From Octopus vulgaris (lineage: Eukaryota): a stretch of DNA of 64,000 bases. Of this stretch, positions 1 through 64,000 are shown one piece after another (within the stretch, counting starts at the first letter, position 1; each line of letters begins with the position of its first letter). The position numbers were made by a program, and so were the translations under genes. Under the pieces are notes generated by a model. The model had not been told where the DNA came from and did no database searches. It was given only the letters and a program-made list of their open reading frames with translations. Location: assembly GCA_951406725.2 (NCBI GenBank), contig OX597843.1:19468001-19532000 (forward strand), in the 5' to 3' direction.

Positions 1-3000
1 GTGTGAAGGTATGCGTGTGAAGGTATGTGTGTGAAGGTATGCGTGTGAAGGTATGCGTGTGAAGGTATGCGTGTTTGAGTATGCGTGTGAAGGTATGTGT
101 GTGAAGGTATGCGTGTGAAGGTATGCGTGTGAAGGTATGCGTGTTTGAGTATGCGTGTGAAGGTATGTGTGTGAAGGTATGCGTGTGAAGGTATGCGTGT
201 GAAGGTATGTGTGTGAAGGTATGCGTGTTAAGGTATGTGTGTGAAGGTATGTGTGTGAAGGTATGCGTGTGAAGGTATGCGTGTGAAGGTATGTGTGTGA
301 AGGTATGCGTGTGAAGGTATGCGTGTGAAGGTATGTGTGTGAAGGTATCCGTGTGAAGGTATGTGTGTGAAGGTATGCGTGTGAAGGTATGCGTGTGAAG
401 GTATGCGTGTTTGAGTATGCGTGTGAAGGTATGCGTGTGAAGGTATGTGTGTGAAGGTATGCGCGTGAAGGTATGCGTGTTTGAGTATGTGTTTGAAGGT
501 ATGCGTGTGAAGGTATGTGTGTGAAGGTATGCGTGTGAAGGTATGCGTGTGAAGGTATGTGTGTGAAGTTATGCGTGTGAAGGTATGCGTGTTTGAGTAT
601 GCGTGTGAAGGTATGTGTGTGAAGGTATGCGTGTGAAGGTATGCGTGTTTGAGTATGTGTGTGTGAGGTATGCGTGTGAAGGTATGTGTGTGAAGGTATG
701 CGTGTGAAGGTATGCGTGTTTGAGGTATGTGTGTGAAGGTATGCGTGTGAAGGTATGCGTGTGAGTATGTGTGTGTGAAGGTATGCGTGTTTGAGGTATG
801 CGTGTGAAGGTATGTGTGTGAAGGTATGCGTGTGAAGGTATGTGTGTGAAGGTATGCGTGTGAAGGTATGCGTGTGAAGGTATGCGTGTGAAGGTATGCG
901 TGTGAAGGTATGTGTGTATGTGTGTGTGTGAAGGTATGTGTGTGTGGTATGTGTGTGTGTGTGTGAAGGTATGCGTGTGTGAAGGTGTGAAGGTATGCGT
1001 GTGAAGGTATGCGTGTGAAGGTATGCGTGTGAAGGTATGCGTGTGAAGGTATGCGTGTGAAGGTGTGAAGGTATGTGTGTGAAGGTATGCGTGTGAAGGT
1101 ATGTGTGTGAAGGTATGCGTGTGTGAAGGTATGCGTGTGAGGTATGCGTGTGAAGGTATGTGTGTGAAGGTATGCGTGTGAAGGTATGCGTGTGAAGGTA
1201 TGTGTGTGAAGGTATGCGTGTGAAGGTATGTGTGTGAAGGTATGCGTGTGAAGGTATGCGTGTGTGAAGTATGCGTGTGAAGGTATGCGTGTGAAGGTAT
1301 GTGTGTGAAGGTATGCGTGTTTGAAGTGTGTGTGTGAAGGTATGCGTGTGAAGGTATGCGTGTGAAGGTATGTGTGTGAAGGTATGCGTGTGAAGGTATG
1401 TGTGTGAAGGTATGCGTGTGTGAAGTATGTGTGTGAAGGTATGCGTGTGAAGGTATGCGTGTGAAGGTATGTGTGAAGGTATGCGTGTGAAGGTATGCGT
1501 GTGAAGGTATGCGTGTGAAGGTATGTGTGTGATGGTATGCGCGTGAAGGTATGCGTGTGAAGGTATGTGTGTGAAGGTATGCGTGTGAAGGTATGTGTGT
1601 GAAGGTATGTGTGTGAAGTTATGCGTGTGAAGGTATGCGTGTTTGAGTATGCGTGTGAAGGTATGTGTGTGAAGGTATGCGTGTGAAGGTATGCGTGTGT
1701 GTGTATGTGTGTGAAGGTATGTGTGTGAAGGTATGCGTGTGTGAGGTATGTGTGTGAAGGTATGTGTGTGTGAAGGTATGCGTGTGAAGGTATGCGTGTG
1801 TTTGAAGTATGCGTGTGAAGGTATGCGTGTGAAGGTATGCGTGTGAAGGTATGCGTGTTTGAGTATGCGTGTGAAGGTATGTGTGTGAAGGTATGCGTGT
1901 GAAGGTATGTGTGTGAAGGTATGCGTGTGAAGGTATGTGTGTGAAGGTATGCGTGTGAAGGTATGCGTGTGAAGGTATGCGTGTGAAGGTATGCGTGTGA
2001 AGGTATGCGTGTTTGAGTATGCGTGTGAAGGTATGTGTGTGAAGGTATGCGTGTGAAGGTATGCGTGTGAAGGTATGTGTGTGAAGGTATGCGTGTGAAG
2101 GTATGCGTGTTTGAGTATGTGTGTGAAGGTATGCATGTGAAGGTATGCGTGTGAAGGTATGCGTGTGAAGGTATGTGTGTGAAGTTATGCGCGTGAAGGT
2201 ATGCGTGTGAAGGTATGTGTGTGAAGGTATGCGTGTGAAGGTATGTGTGTGAAGGTATGCGTGTGAAGGTATGTGTGTGAAGGTATGCGTGTTTGAGTAT
2301 GTGTGTGAAGGTATGCGTGTGAAGGTATGCGTGTGAAGGTATGTGTGTGAAGGTATGCGTGTGAAGGTATGCGTGTGAAGCTATGTGTGTGAAGGTATGT
2401 GTGTGAAGGTATGCATGTGAAGGTATGTGTGTGAAGGTATGCGTGTGAAGGTATGCGTGTTTGAGTATGTGTTTGAAGGTATGCGTGTGAAGGTATGTGT
2501 GTGAAGGTATGCGTGTGAGGGTATGCGTGTGAAGGTATGTGTGTGAAGGTATGCGTGTGAAGGTATGCGTGTTTGAGTATGTGTGTGAAGGTATGTGTGT
2601 GAAGGTATGCGTGTTTGAGTATGTGTGTGAAGGTATGCGTGTGAAGGTATGTGTGTGAAGGTATGCGTGTGAAGGTATGCGTGTTTGAGTATGTGTGTGA
2701 AGGTATGCGTGTGAAGGTATGCGTGTGAAGGTATGCGTGTGAAGGTATGCGTGTGAAGGTATGTGTGTGAAGGTACGCCTGTGATGGTATGCGTGTTTGA
2801 GTACGTGTGTGAAGGTATGCGTGTGAAGGTATGCGTGTGAAGGTAAGCGTGTGAAGGTATGCGTGTGAAGGTATGCGCGTGAAGGTATGTGTGTGAAGGT
2901 ATGCGTGTGAAGGTATATTGTGTGAAGGTATGTGTGTGAAGGTATGCGTGTGAAGGTATGCGTGTGAAGGTATGCGTGTGAAGGTATGCGTGTGAAGGTA

Positions 3001-5215
3001 TGTGTGTGAAGGTATGTGTGTGAAGGTATGCGCGTGAAGGTATGCGTGTTTGAGTATGTGTGTGAAGGTATGTGTGTGAAGGTATGCGTGTGAAGGTATG
3101 CGTGTTTGAGTATGTGTGTGAAGGTATGTGTGTGAAGGTATGCGTGTGAAGGTATGCGTGTGAAGGTATGTGTGTGAAGGTATGTGTGTGAGGTATTCGT
3201 GTGAAGGTATCCGTGTGTGAAGCTATGTGTGTGAAGGTATGCGTGTGAAGGTATGTGTGTGAAGATATTCGTGTGAAGGTATCTGTGTGTAGGTATGCGT
3301 GTGAAGGTATGTGTGTGAAGGTATGTGTGTGAAGGTATGCGTGTGAAGGTATGCATGTGAAGGTATGTGTGTGAAGGTATGTGTGTGAAGGTGGGCGTGT
3401 GAAGGTATGCGTGTGAAGGTATGCGTGTGAAGGTATGCGTGTGAAGGTATACGTGTTTGAGTATGTGTGTGAAGGTATGCGTGTGAAGGTATGCGTGTAT
3501 GTGTGTGAAGGTATGCGTGTGAAGGTATGCGTGTGAAGGTATGTGTGTGAAGGTATGTGTGTGAAGGAATGAGTGTGAATGTATGCGTGTGAAGGTATGT
3601 GTGTGAAGGTATGCGTGTGAAGTTATGCGTGTGAAGGTATGTGTGTGAAGGTATGCGTGTGAAGGTATGCGTGTGAAGGTATGTGTGTGAAGGTATGCGT
3701 GTGAAGGTATGCGTGTGAAAATATGCGTGTGAAAGTATGTGTGTGAAGGTGTGTGTGTGAAGGTATGCGTGTGAAGGTATGCGTGTGAAGGTATGCGTGT
3801 GAAGGTATATGTGTGAAGGTATGTGTGTGAAGGTATGCGTGTGAAGGTATGCGTGTGAAGGTATGCGTGTGAAGGTATGCGTGTGAAGGTATGTGTGTGA
3901 AGGTATGTGTGTGAAGGTATGTGTGTGAAGGTATGCGTGTGAAAGTATGCGTGTGAAGGTATGTGTGTGAAGGTATGCGTGTGAAGGTATGCGTGTGAAG
4001 TTATGCGTGTGAAGGTATGTTTGTGAAGGTATGCGTGTGAAGGTATGTGTGAAGGTATGCGTGTGAAGGTATGCGTGTGAAGGTATGCGTGTGAAGGTAT
4101 GTGTGTGAAGGTATGTGTGTGAAGGTATGCGTGTGAAGGTATGCGTGTGAAGGTATGTGTGTGAAGGTATGCGTGTGAAGGTATGCGTGTGAAGGTATGT
4201 GTGTGAAGGTATGCGTGTGAAGGTATGTGTGTGAAGGTATGTGTGTGAAGGTATGTGTGAAGGTATGTGTGTGAGTATGCGTGTGAAGGTATGTGTGTGA
4301 AGGTATGTGTGTGAAGGTATGCGTGTGAAGGTATGCGTGTGAAGGTATGCGTGTGAAGGTATGCGTGTGAAGGTATGCGTGTGAAGGTATGTGTGTGAAG
4401 GTATGCGTGTGAAGGTATGTGTGTGAAGGTATGCGTGTGAAGGTATGCGTGTGAAGGTATGTGTGTGAAGGTATGTGTGTGAAGGTATGCGTGTGAAGGT
4501 ATGCGTGTGAAGGTATGCGTGTGAAGGTATGCGTGTGAAGGTATGTGTGTGAAGGTATGTGTGTGAAGGTATGCGTGTGAAGGTATGTGTGTGAAGGTAT
4601 GCGTGTGAAGGTATGCGTGTGAAGGTATGTGTGTGAAGGTATGCGTGTGAAGGTATGTGTGTGAAGGTATGTGTGTGAAGGTATGCGTGTGAAGGTATGT
4701 GTGTGAAGGTATGCGTGTGAAGGTATGCGTGTGAAGGTATGTGTGTGAAGGTATGCGTGTGAAGGTATGCGTGTGAAGGTATGCGTGTGAAGGTATGCGT
4801 GTGAAGGTATGTGTGAAGGTATGCGTGTGAAGGTATGTGTGAAGGTATGTGTGTGAAGGTATGCGTGTGAAGGTATGCGTGTGAAGGTATGTGTGTGAAG
4901 GTATGCGTGTGAAGGTATGCGTGTGAAGGTATGTGTGTGAAGGTATGCGTGTGAAAGTATGCGTGTGAAGGTATGTGTGTGAAGGTATGCGTGTGAAGGT
5001 ATGCGTGTGAAGGTATGTGTGTGAAGGTATGCGTGTGAAGTCATGCGTGTGAAGGTATGTGTGTGAAGGTATGCGTGTGAAGGTATGCGTGTGAAGGTAT
5101 GTGTGTGAAGGTATGCGTGTGAAGGTATATGTGTGAAGGTATGTGTGTGAAGGTATGCGTGTGAAGGCATGCGTGTGAAGGTATGCGTGTGAAGGCATGC
5201 GTGTGAAGGTATGTG
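1..5215. repeat. 14-bp minisatellite (GTGTGAAGGTATGY)n, about 370 copies, runs off the window start
   Basis: Continuous tandem units with variants such as GTGTTTGAGTATGC. The unit has no stop codon on the minus strand, which explains the 1674-aa and 409-aa ORFs. Confidence 0.98.
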
Positions 5216-5848
5216 TGGATGCATCAACATCGGCGATAGATATCCTCGGCAAAATTCTATGTGTGTATGCTCATATGTGTGACTGTACTATTTATATTCA
5301 TATTTATTTTCTTCTCCCCTATTCTGATTTTCCTTGTTATTCTCCTCATCCTCCTTCTACTATGTCTTTCCTTCCTGCATCTTTCGTCTTCCTCACAATT
5401 TCCCTCTACATCCTTCATCTTCACCATCTTGTGTTGCTTCTCCGTTTTTAAAGATTTTCAGCTGATCTTTCCATTTCTAATTCGTCGTTTTCGTTTCATC
5501 GTATTTTACTCGCACTTTTATAAATCCATACATTCCACCACTTATTTCCCTTCACCATCCTCAGTAATTCCGCTCAATTACTCATTGTGCATCGCCTCTC
5601 CGTTCCACCTACTGCTCCCGCTTCCTGTACTACCCACCTCTTCTCCCTTTCTCCTCTTCATACTTTCACTCTTCCTCTCCTTCCACCTCATAATCCCTTC
5701 CTCCTCTATCTCCTACTCTAAATCGTCCTTTTCATTAACTTTTACCTTTCATAGCCCTCTTTTTTCTTTCATTTTAAAACTCCAAATTTAATGTTTTATC
5801 CGACAACGTTTCTGTATTATTTCCTTTATAATCTGTTTCATGTTACAG

Positions 5849-57345
<51,497 letters not shown>

Positions 57346-57508
57346 GTAAAAATCGAAACAGAGCCTCCAAGAGTCATGTTTGATAATATTTTACATGTTA
57401 AAATAATATCTTTTTCATATATATAATATTACATATATTTCCTGGTAAAGAAACTATATCTGTAACTTCTTATACAACACTTGGAAACCGAGAGACTGTA
57501 TAATCTTC

Positions 57509-57656
57509 AATAAATGTAATCTAAACAAGTTTCATGGCCCCACTATTGCTTGAAACAGGAAAATAGAAAATGTTAATTGATTTGAAAGTATATTAATATA
57601 TTTTTCTCATTGCCAATTTAATGTCATCAATGTAAGCTTTGAATTCTTTAAATAAA
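57509..57656 (+). terminator. Candidate polyadenylation signals AATAAA (57509-57514 and 57651-57656)
   Basis: Two hexamers 160-310 nt after the stop; the second is followed by a GT/T-rich tract. Confidence 0.5.
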
Positions 57657-58654
57657 GGGTTAAATATGACGTGTTGCTACTTTCGTTTCTGTTTTAGATG
57701 AAATACTGTAATACTGCAGTCTGAGTTCAAATACCGCCCGGAGAGACTGATTTTATCAGTTATTTTAAACATTTCACTAAAAAGTTGAAAATATACAAGA
57801 TGTATCTTGCTGATTAGTTTTATAATCATTTATCTAATTAGCTTTATCAGGTCTTGCAACTGTCATTATTCCAGCAATGAACTTAATCCAGTAATGAACA
57901 TTTCACAAACGCTACATTCCAATCAAAGAACTGAGTATTTCTGGTTTTTCACATTCATGTCTACTTTCATTCGATAGACGTAACACAAACACTTGACTGC
58001 GCATGTCTGTATGTCTACATTGATGTATTTTCTAAGTTAAATTCTCTGCCTAATCTACAGGCTCATAAGGGCCCAGAATATCTCGGTATCCAATGTATTT
58101 CAACACACAACGATACAAGACACCCCACCGAACGTGATGACAGTGTGTCGCAAGTTTAACCCTCGGTTGTTGGTGGTACTTCTTTTCAGATGAGTGCACT
58201 GGAAGTGTCTTTCTCGTAGACACAACACACCGAACCAATAGTCCATGCGCCAATATATATATGTAGGATCCACTTCGTACTGTAAACCGGTTCACCACAC
58301 ACTATGTACAATCCTCTATTGAAAAATCTATATAAGCCGCCATGACCCTTCCACTTTCTTCCTTTCTTACTGGCATCACAACCATTCAAACAAACTTCAG
58401 CATCCAAAACTCGCAAAAGGGAAGGTAAAAAAGTATCTTAACATCTATCATTTTTTTTTTTGGCATCTTACGATATGATAATTCTAAAGAAGGAATCGGG
58501 TTAGAATTACTAGTTATCGAAATTTCTTTTGATTCAAGCTTCACATTCTTATTTACTTGTAATATATAGGGATGGGCCGCTTACCTTAATGGTAGAGCAC
58601 TCAGCCGGTATCCCTAGGATACCGGTTCGCGTGCCGTATCCGCTTTCTGGCAAT

Positions 58655-58715
<61 letters not shown>

Positions 58716-59213
58716 GTTTGGGGTCTCTTTATGTCAGTGATTGTTTCCCTAACACCACTTGCCAACCAGTGTTTTCGTGTAGCTTAGCGCTTCGGCAAAT
58801 GACGCCGATAGAATAAATAGTAGACTTTAAAACATACGCCCTAAACCCTTTAAGGTTGTGCTCCAGAATGGCCGCAGTCAAATAACTGAAACAACTAAAA
58901 TGAAAGAAGAGTATATAAATATGTATATAGCTTACAGATCCAACAGAGGTAGAATCAGCAGAAAAAGTCCCTCGTCAAGTGAGAGATAAATATCCATTTA
59001 AATACACAACCGAAAGAGCTACTAGTAGTTCCAAGATTTTATCATACTTGACCAGGCATTTTTACAAAATGTGCCATTTATTAGAAAGTAACCTTTCAGC
59101 CTCTGTTTATGCGTGAAATATATTTTGAGAAGCAAGAATGCTGGACGGTAAGAAAATAAGATAAAACAAGGCAAAAAAAAAAAAAACTTGGAGAAGGAAG
59201 AAACGAAAGAAGC

Positions 59214-60100
59214 ATGCAGTTCAATGCTGGAAAGTTTCAAGCTTTATACTATCAGCATGCAAAACTAAATGCGATACCCAATAAATACACTGGACCTGGA
59301 GGGATTGCAATCCCAGAGGCACAATCAGTGCGAGACCTGGGTATTTACATGAGTAATGATAACGCAACCTTTCATGTGCATGTTGCTAAATATGCAATGA
59401 AATGTAGGTGGTTGGCCGGATGGATTCTTAGAGCTTTTAGAACAAGAGACCAGAAAACCATGATGGTCCTTTGGAGGACACTTATCCTAAGCCACTTTGA
59501 CTATTGCTCTCAGCTATGGTCACCATCCAGTGTCAAGTTAATCACGGAACTTGAGGCGATCCAACGAAGCTACATGAAGAAGATAGCCTCTGTGCAGCAT
59601 ATAAGCTACTGGGAAAGACTCAAGAGATTAAGACTCTATTCCTTAGAGCGTAGGCGAGAAAGATATTCCATAAAATACATCTGGAAGATCCTAGAAGGAC
59701 TTGTCCCAAACTTTTGCATCGAGAGTTACACAAATGCCAGAACTGGGCGCCACTGCATAGTGCCAAGGACTCCAATTTTGCCATCAAGATGTAGGACAAG
59801 ATACTGCGATAGCCTGGGCTTCAGAGGCCCACAGTTCTTCATTATCCTCCCGAAGAACTTGAGAGACCTGCATGGGTGGATGCAGATGTTTTTAAAATAA
59901 AGCTGGATCTCTTCTTGTCAGGTGTCCCGGATGGACCAACTTCACGGCAGGAGGTGCAGATGAGGGCAGCTGCATCGAACTCTCTCATGCACCAAATGGC
60001 AATTGCTAAAAAGCATTCGTGAAGTAAAATCATGTAGCAACACCAAATGGCGGTGCCCTAGCATGGCCACAGCTCCTGAGCTGAAAGAAGATAAAATAAA
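59214..60100 (+). mobile_element. CR1-like LINE 3' fragment; its tail recurs at about 31647-31700
   Basis: MQFNAGKF, RDLGI, DYCSQLWSP, LEAIQR, SYWERLKRLRLYSLERRRER. Confidence 0.9.
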
Positions 60101-60679
60101 AATACAATAAGATAAAGAAAACTAATATCCTCACCCTCTCCACATTTTATTCTTATTTTCCTTGACTTTTTAAATATATTTAACGCTTAATTAGATCCTT
60201 TTTACTATAGGCACAAGGCCTGGATTTTGTGGTGAGGGGTACTAAGTCGATTACATCAACCCTGGAGTTTCACTGGTACTTAATTTATCGACCCCGAAGG
60301 GATGAAAGGTAAAGTCAACCTCGGCGGAATTTGAACTCAGAACATGAAGACAGAAGAAATACCGCTTGGCGTTTCGCGTGGCATGTGAACATTTCAGCCA
60401 GCTCGCCATCTGGAAATGCAGGTAATACTCATTTTTGGAAGCTGAGTTGACTGGAGGAACGTGAAATAAACTGTCTTGCTCAAGGATACAACACGCCACC
60501 GGGAATCGAACTCGTGACCCATCGATTCCGAGGGGAACACACTAGACAACAAGACAGGCGCTTTCTTATAACGCTTAAACGGATCCTGAAACATACACAG
60601 TATATTTTATAAATACGCTTGTTGAAGTAACAAAAAGCACGAAACTATAAACTCTTTCGCCAGTGTACTTACACACACG

Positions 60680-60746
<67 letters not shown>

Positions 60747-60878
60747 ATATATATTAATCAAAGGAATTACAACCCAGTCCGATGTTCACGTTTCAATATT
60801 TACAATTTTCACAATGTTACAATCTTATAATAATAGAATATCAACTTTACTTGAGAATATTATATATTTATCGTAATA

Positions 60879-60916
60879 AAACTAGTGCTTTCATGCGTTA
60901 CGCAGTCTTCAGGTTT
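60879..60916 (-). ncRNA. Very compact hammerhead motif downstream of the Penelope-like remnant
   Basis: AAAC-CTGAAGA-cTGCG taa CGCAt-GAAAG-CA-CTA-GTTT. Confidence 0.6.
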
Positions 60917-61317
60917 ATCTAGTAGTAAGGACAATCACGTCCCAGAATTGACAACTGCAGGGAAATGGTTAGATTTGTCCTCTAAAGAACTTTAGATGGG
61001 CTCCAGCAGGCTGAATCTTAGGAAATGTATTTTGACCAATCAGTATTTGACTTAGATGTCACGGTTTGGTGATTGCGCCAACCTGGTTAGCATATACCTC
61101 ACTTCTTTCAAAGAAATATCTTAACCAATTGGTGTGCAGCTTATATGTCACGGTTTGGTGGGCACGTCAAGGATTCTTAACTTTAATGGAAACTTTCCAA
61201 AAGTTTCCCAAATAGTTTACACTTCAACCGATTCAATGTTCACATGGTTAACACTAGTATCATAATCACCATCATTTTCCTTATTCTTGTTAGTGGTTGA
61301 GCTGGTAGAAGTGGTGG

Positions 61318-61351
<34 letters not shown>

Positions 61352-61365
61352 GGTAGCATTAATAA

Positions 61366-61462
<97 letters not shown>

Positions 61463-61579
61463 CATTATTATTATCGTTATTATTATTATTATCATTATTA
61501 TTAATGTCATTATTATTATTATTATCATCATCATCATCATCATCATCATTCCAGTCATCACCGTTACTATAACTATTAT

Positions 61580-62400
61580 TAGTTTTGTCCATTTAAAATG
61601 GGTTTCAGTTTATCAATAAAATTTTTTCTCTAACTTTTCTCTCGACTTGTCTTCAGTTGTTTAGACCACAAGTTGCCAGTGGTCGGTTAAAGGGATCATC
61701 TGGCCGACATCAGTATCTCTAATTTACTGTTGGGGCACACGTGAACGTTCCGCTAGTGCATTCCAAGTCTGGCCAACCTATATCTCTTCAGAATTCTGGC
61801 ATTTGATGCAGTAAATTAAATTTCTGCTTTTGCAGTTCATATTTACATTTGCAAATATTCTTCCGTTTATTTTTGGTTCCTATATTGACCGATATGTATG
61901 AACTGACATGTCCCACATCGATTATCATTGTACTTTGACCCAATGAATGATTCGTATTGTTGCTAAGATCACACTTTGCCTTTATTAAATGTTTCAAGTC
62001 TTTCGACTGTCTCTTACTTAGAGCCATTACTCCATCCGTGATTATATCTTCTAATTCATTACTTTGAATAATGATCGGCAAGTTTGATTTGCAATGCTTA
62101 AGGTATTCTGGTAACATGGGTTGTGTGCCACTATAACTGGTATGATCTGTTCTCGTTTTCCTCTTCCTCGGGTGGCCCTAAGTTCTTGAATGGGTATTTC
62201 TATATCAAGCTGTATACCATTTTCTATGAGTAGAGACGGATATTTTTGCTTGGGTAGAGATTCTTTTAGTTTTGTTAGGCTTTTGTCTCTGATTCTCACA
62301 TCCTCCACAAACGAACAAATTTTCCCGGCTAGGTTGTATGGGATATTGCGTTTTGTATATGTTGGATAGTAAGATTTGAAGTTCAGGTATTGAACTTTAA
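61580..62400 (-). mobile_element. Penelope-like element remnant (RT C-terminal part plus GIY-YIG endonuclease)
   Basis: QYLNFKSYYPTYTKRNIPYNLAGKIC, QKYPSLLIENGI, *VGQTWNALAER, IDKLKPILN. Confidence 0.82.
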
Positions 62401-63119
62401 AGGTTATTTTATCTGTTTTGGTGACACAATTCGTGACACCAAAATATCTTTAGAATTGCCAAAGCAAACTTGACGATCGTTGTTCAAAGTAATGAATTGA
62501 AGGAATAATATATATATTGATTTAGCTTCCAGACATTCTTTTCCGGACACAGTGTTTGTTATCATGAGACCCCTTATTGCACACAAACGTAGTAATTATG
62601 CTCGCTTCTCTTTTGGTTTGCCAAAGCTTTATCTTTCTATAGCATTTGGTCAGTTCTTGCTTCAGCCTGCTTCTTCGTTGTTGTGGAGGTCTCCAACGAC
62701 TACGTTGAAGCAATTCCATAGTAACAAGTTTCTTTTTGTTTTCAGGTGATCAAAGTATTCATTTGATTCTTCAAAACTGTATCTGAAATCTGGGACATAA
62801 ATTTAGAAGATGGTTAGCATTCCCTGTGGCATCGAGAGAAACACTCATTAGTCTCTCTTAATAAGAGACGTAGGAATTTATGTATTTTGCGAATATGTTT
62901 TTCTCCCATCAAAACTACTCCCTGTCATGTAATGTTATCTCGTCTGCATAAATAAATGATAACATACTTAACCATTTCAAACGCGATACCCTGCAGATAA
63001 GGAAGGATATTTCAAACCCAGTAAAGCTGTAGAGATAGTAGAGAAAGACTGGGTATCCTTATGAGACGGAAAAGAGTTGCACTCGAACCCGTATCCCTCA
63101 GACATCGACTGAGTAGGCG

Positions 63120-64000
63120 ATAGGTAATTTGAATCCTGATAACTTCACCCCCGGTATTTTGACTCCGGTAATTTGACTACCAGTCAGTTTCACTCCCGAT
63201 ATTAGAAAAAATAAAACGTTGAATAAGGATAAAATAAAAAATCGAGTAAAACCTAAAATTATTGCTAAAAGTTTCAATAAAAATGAAGGTTAGGGGCTAT
63301 TGCTCGTACAAAAGCCATCTTATTTTCGGGACTATGTCGCTCAATACTTATCCGTTTGCTTATATCCTTTCTTTTATTTTTGTTTGGTCTCGCAGATCCC
63401 ACCTCCATCGAATTCAACCTGTCTCAACTGTGCCAAGTGTTCTTCCCTTTTCAATGCAGTAATTATCTCCATATATTCGGATGTGAGCAAATTAAGGAAA
63501 TTTGTAGGGCGTTGGAAAATCCCTCTAAAAGGTTTTTAGTGCGAGGCATATCCGATTCTGCTTTAAAGCGGACATTCCAACTACCAATTGGGAAACTAGG
63601 GAAGAAGTCCTTTGTAGTCTGATTCCTTTACTTTGCACTCTTCTTAGGTACGATAATCCAAAGTAGGTCACAAGTTCTTGCGGAAGATCATCGTCATCTA
63701 CAAGATTTTCGACTCCGTCAATCTCATCATCGAGACGAAGAATTAGCAACGCTTAAAACCATCTGATTTTAATGCTAAACTCATTATCATGATGGTATCT
63801 TTCCTTCAAGCCAAATTCACATGTTTTCTCTATATATTTTGTGATAGATGATAAAGACAGCATGAGATGGAAGTAGTAGGAAACAGATACAATGCTATTA
63901 ATATGAGCTTTTTCAAAATCCCTCATAACATCTTCAGGGCTCAGTCTTTGGAGTAATTCATTTAGCTTATAAAAAAGGCGGGTGTAAGTTTAGTGATTTT
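63120..64000 (-). mobile_element. Mutator-like (MULE) transposase remnant with a subrepeat-rich terminus
   Basis: LPQELVTYF, FPIGSWNV, MPRTKNLLEGF...SHPNIW; short tandem subrepeats at 63120-63200. Confidence 0.7.

Noticed and set aside
1-5215. CRISPR-like array
   Set aside because: Head-to-tail repeats without unique spacers, no cas genes, eukaryotic context.
228-5252. 1674-aa His/Thr-rich ORF and the overlapping 409-aa ORF
   Set aside because: Translation of the 14-bp minisatellite, whose minus strand lacks stop codons in every frame; no independent sign of a gene.
58575-58645. tRNA-like sequence with A-box and B-box resemblance
   Set aside because: No clean cloverleaf or acceptor stem; more likely a SINE head or decayed pseudogene.
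62420-62900. Possible second MULE-like remnant
   Set aside because: Only a faint WN-type motif; too decayed to call.

Overview
AT-rich, microsatellite-dense eukaryotic DNA. The repeat landscape (tRNA-derived SINEs, Dong/R4, RTE and CR1 LINEs, Penelope-like remnants) suggests an octopus or other cephalopod; this is an inference. The main feature is invisible in the ORF track: a + strand adhesion GPCR gene that I spliced by hand from 22 GT-AG exons (5849-57345, about 987 aa; the 5' end lies upstream of the window). Its domain order is LRRs, LRRCT, a 12-Cys Ly6/uPAR (three-finger)-like domain, a SEA-like domain, HRM, GAIN/GPS, an ADGRG-like 7TM and a C-terminal ETNI PDZ-type motif. All exon phases chain correctly except for a 1-nt shortfall in a T-run in exon 14. 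The GPS His and the TM6 Trp are both substituted. The introns and 3' flank hold at least eight minimal type-I hammerhead ribozyme motifs of the Penelope-associated kind, including an element with two inverted hammerheads. There are also several long foldback hairpins, many transposon remnants and a 5.2-kb 14-bp minisatellite.
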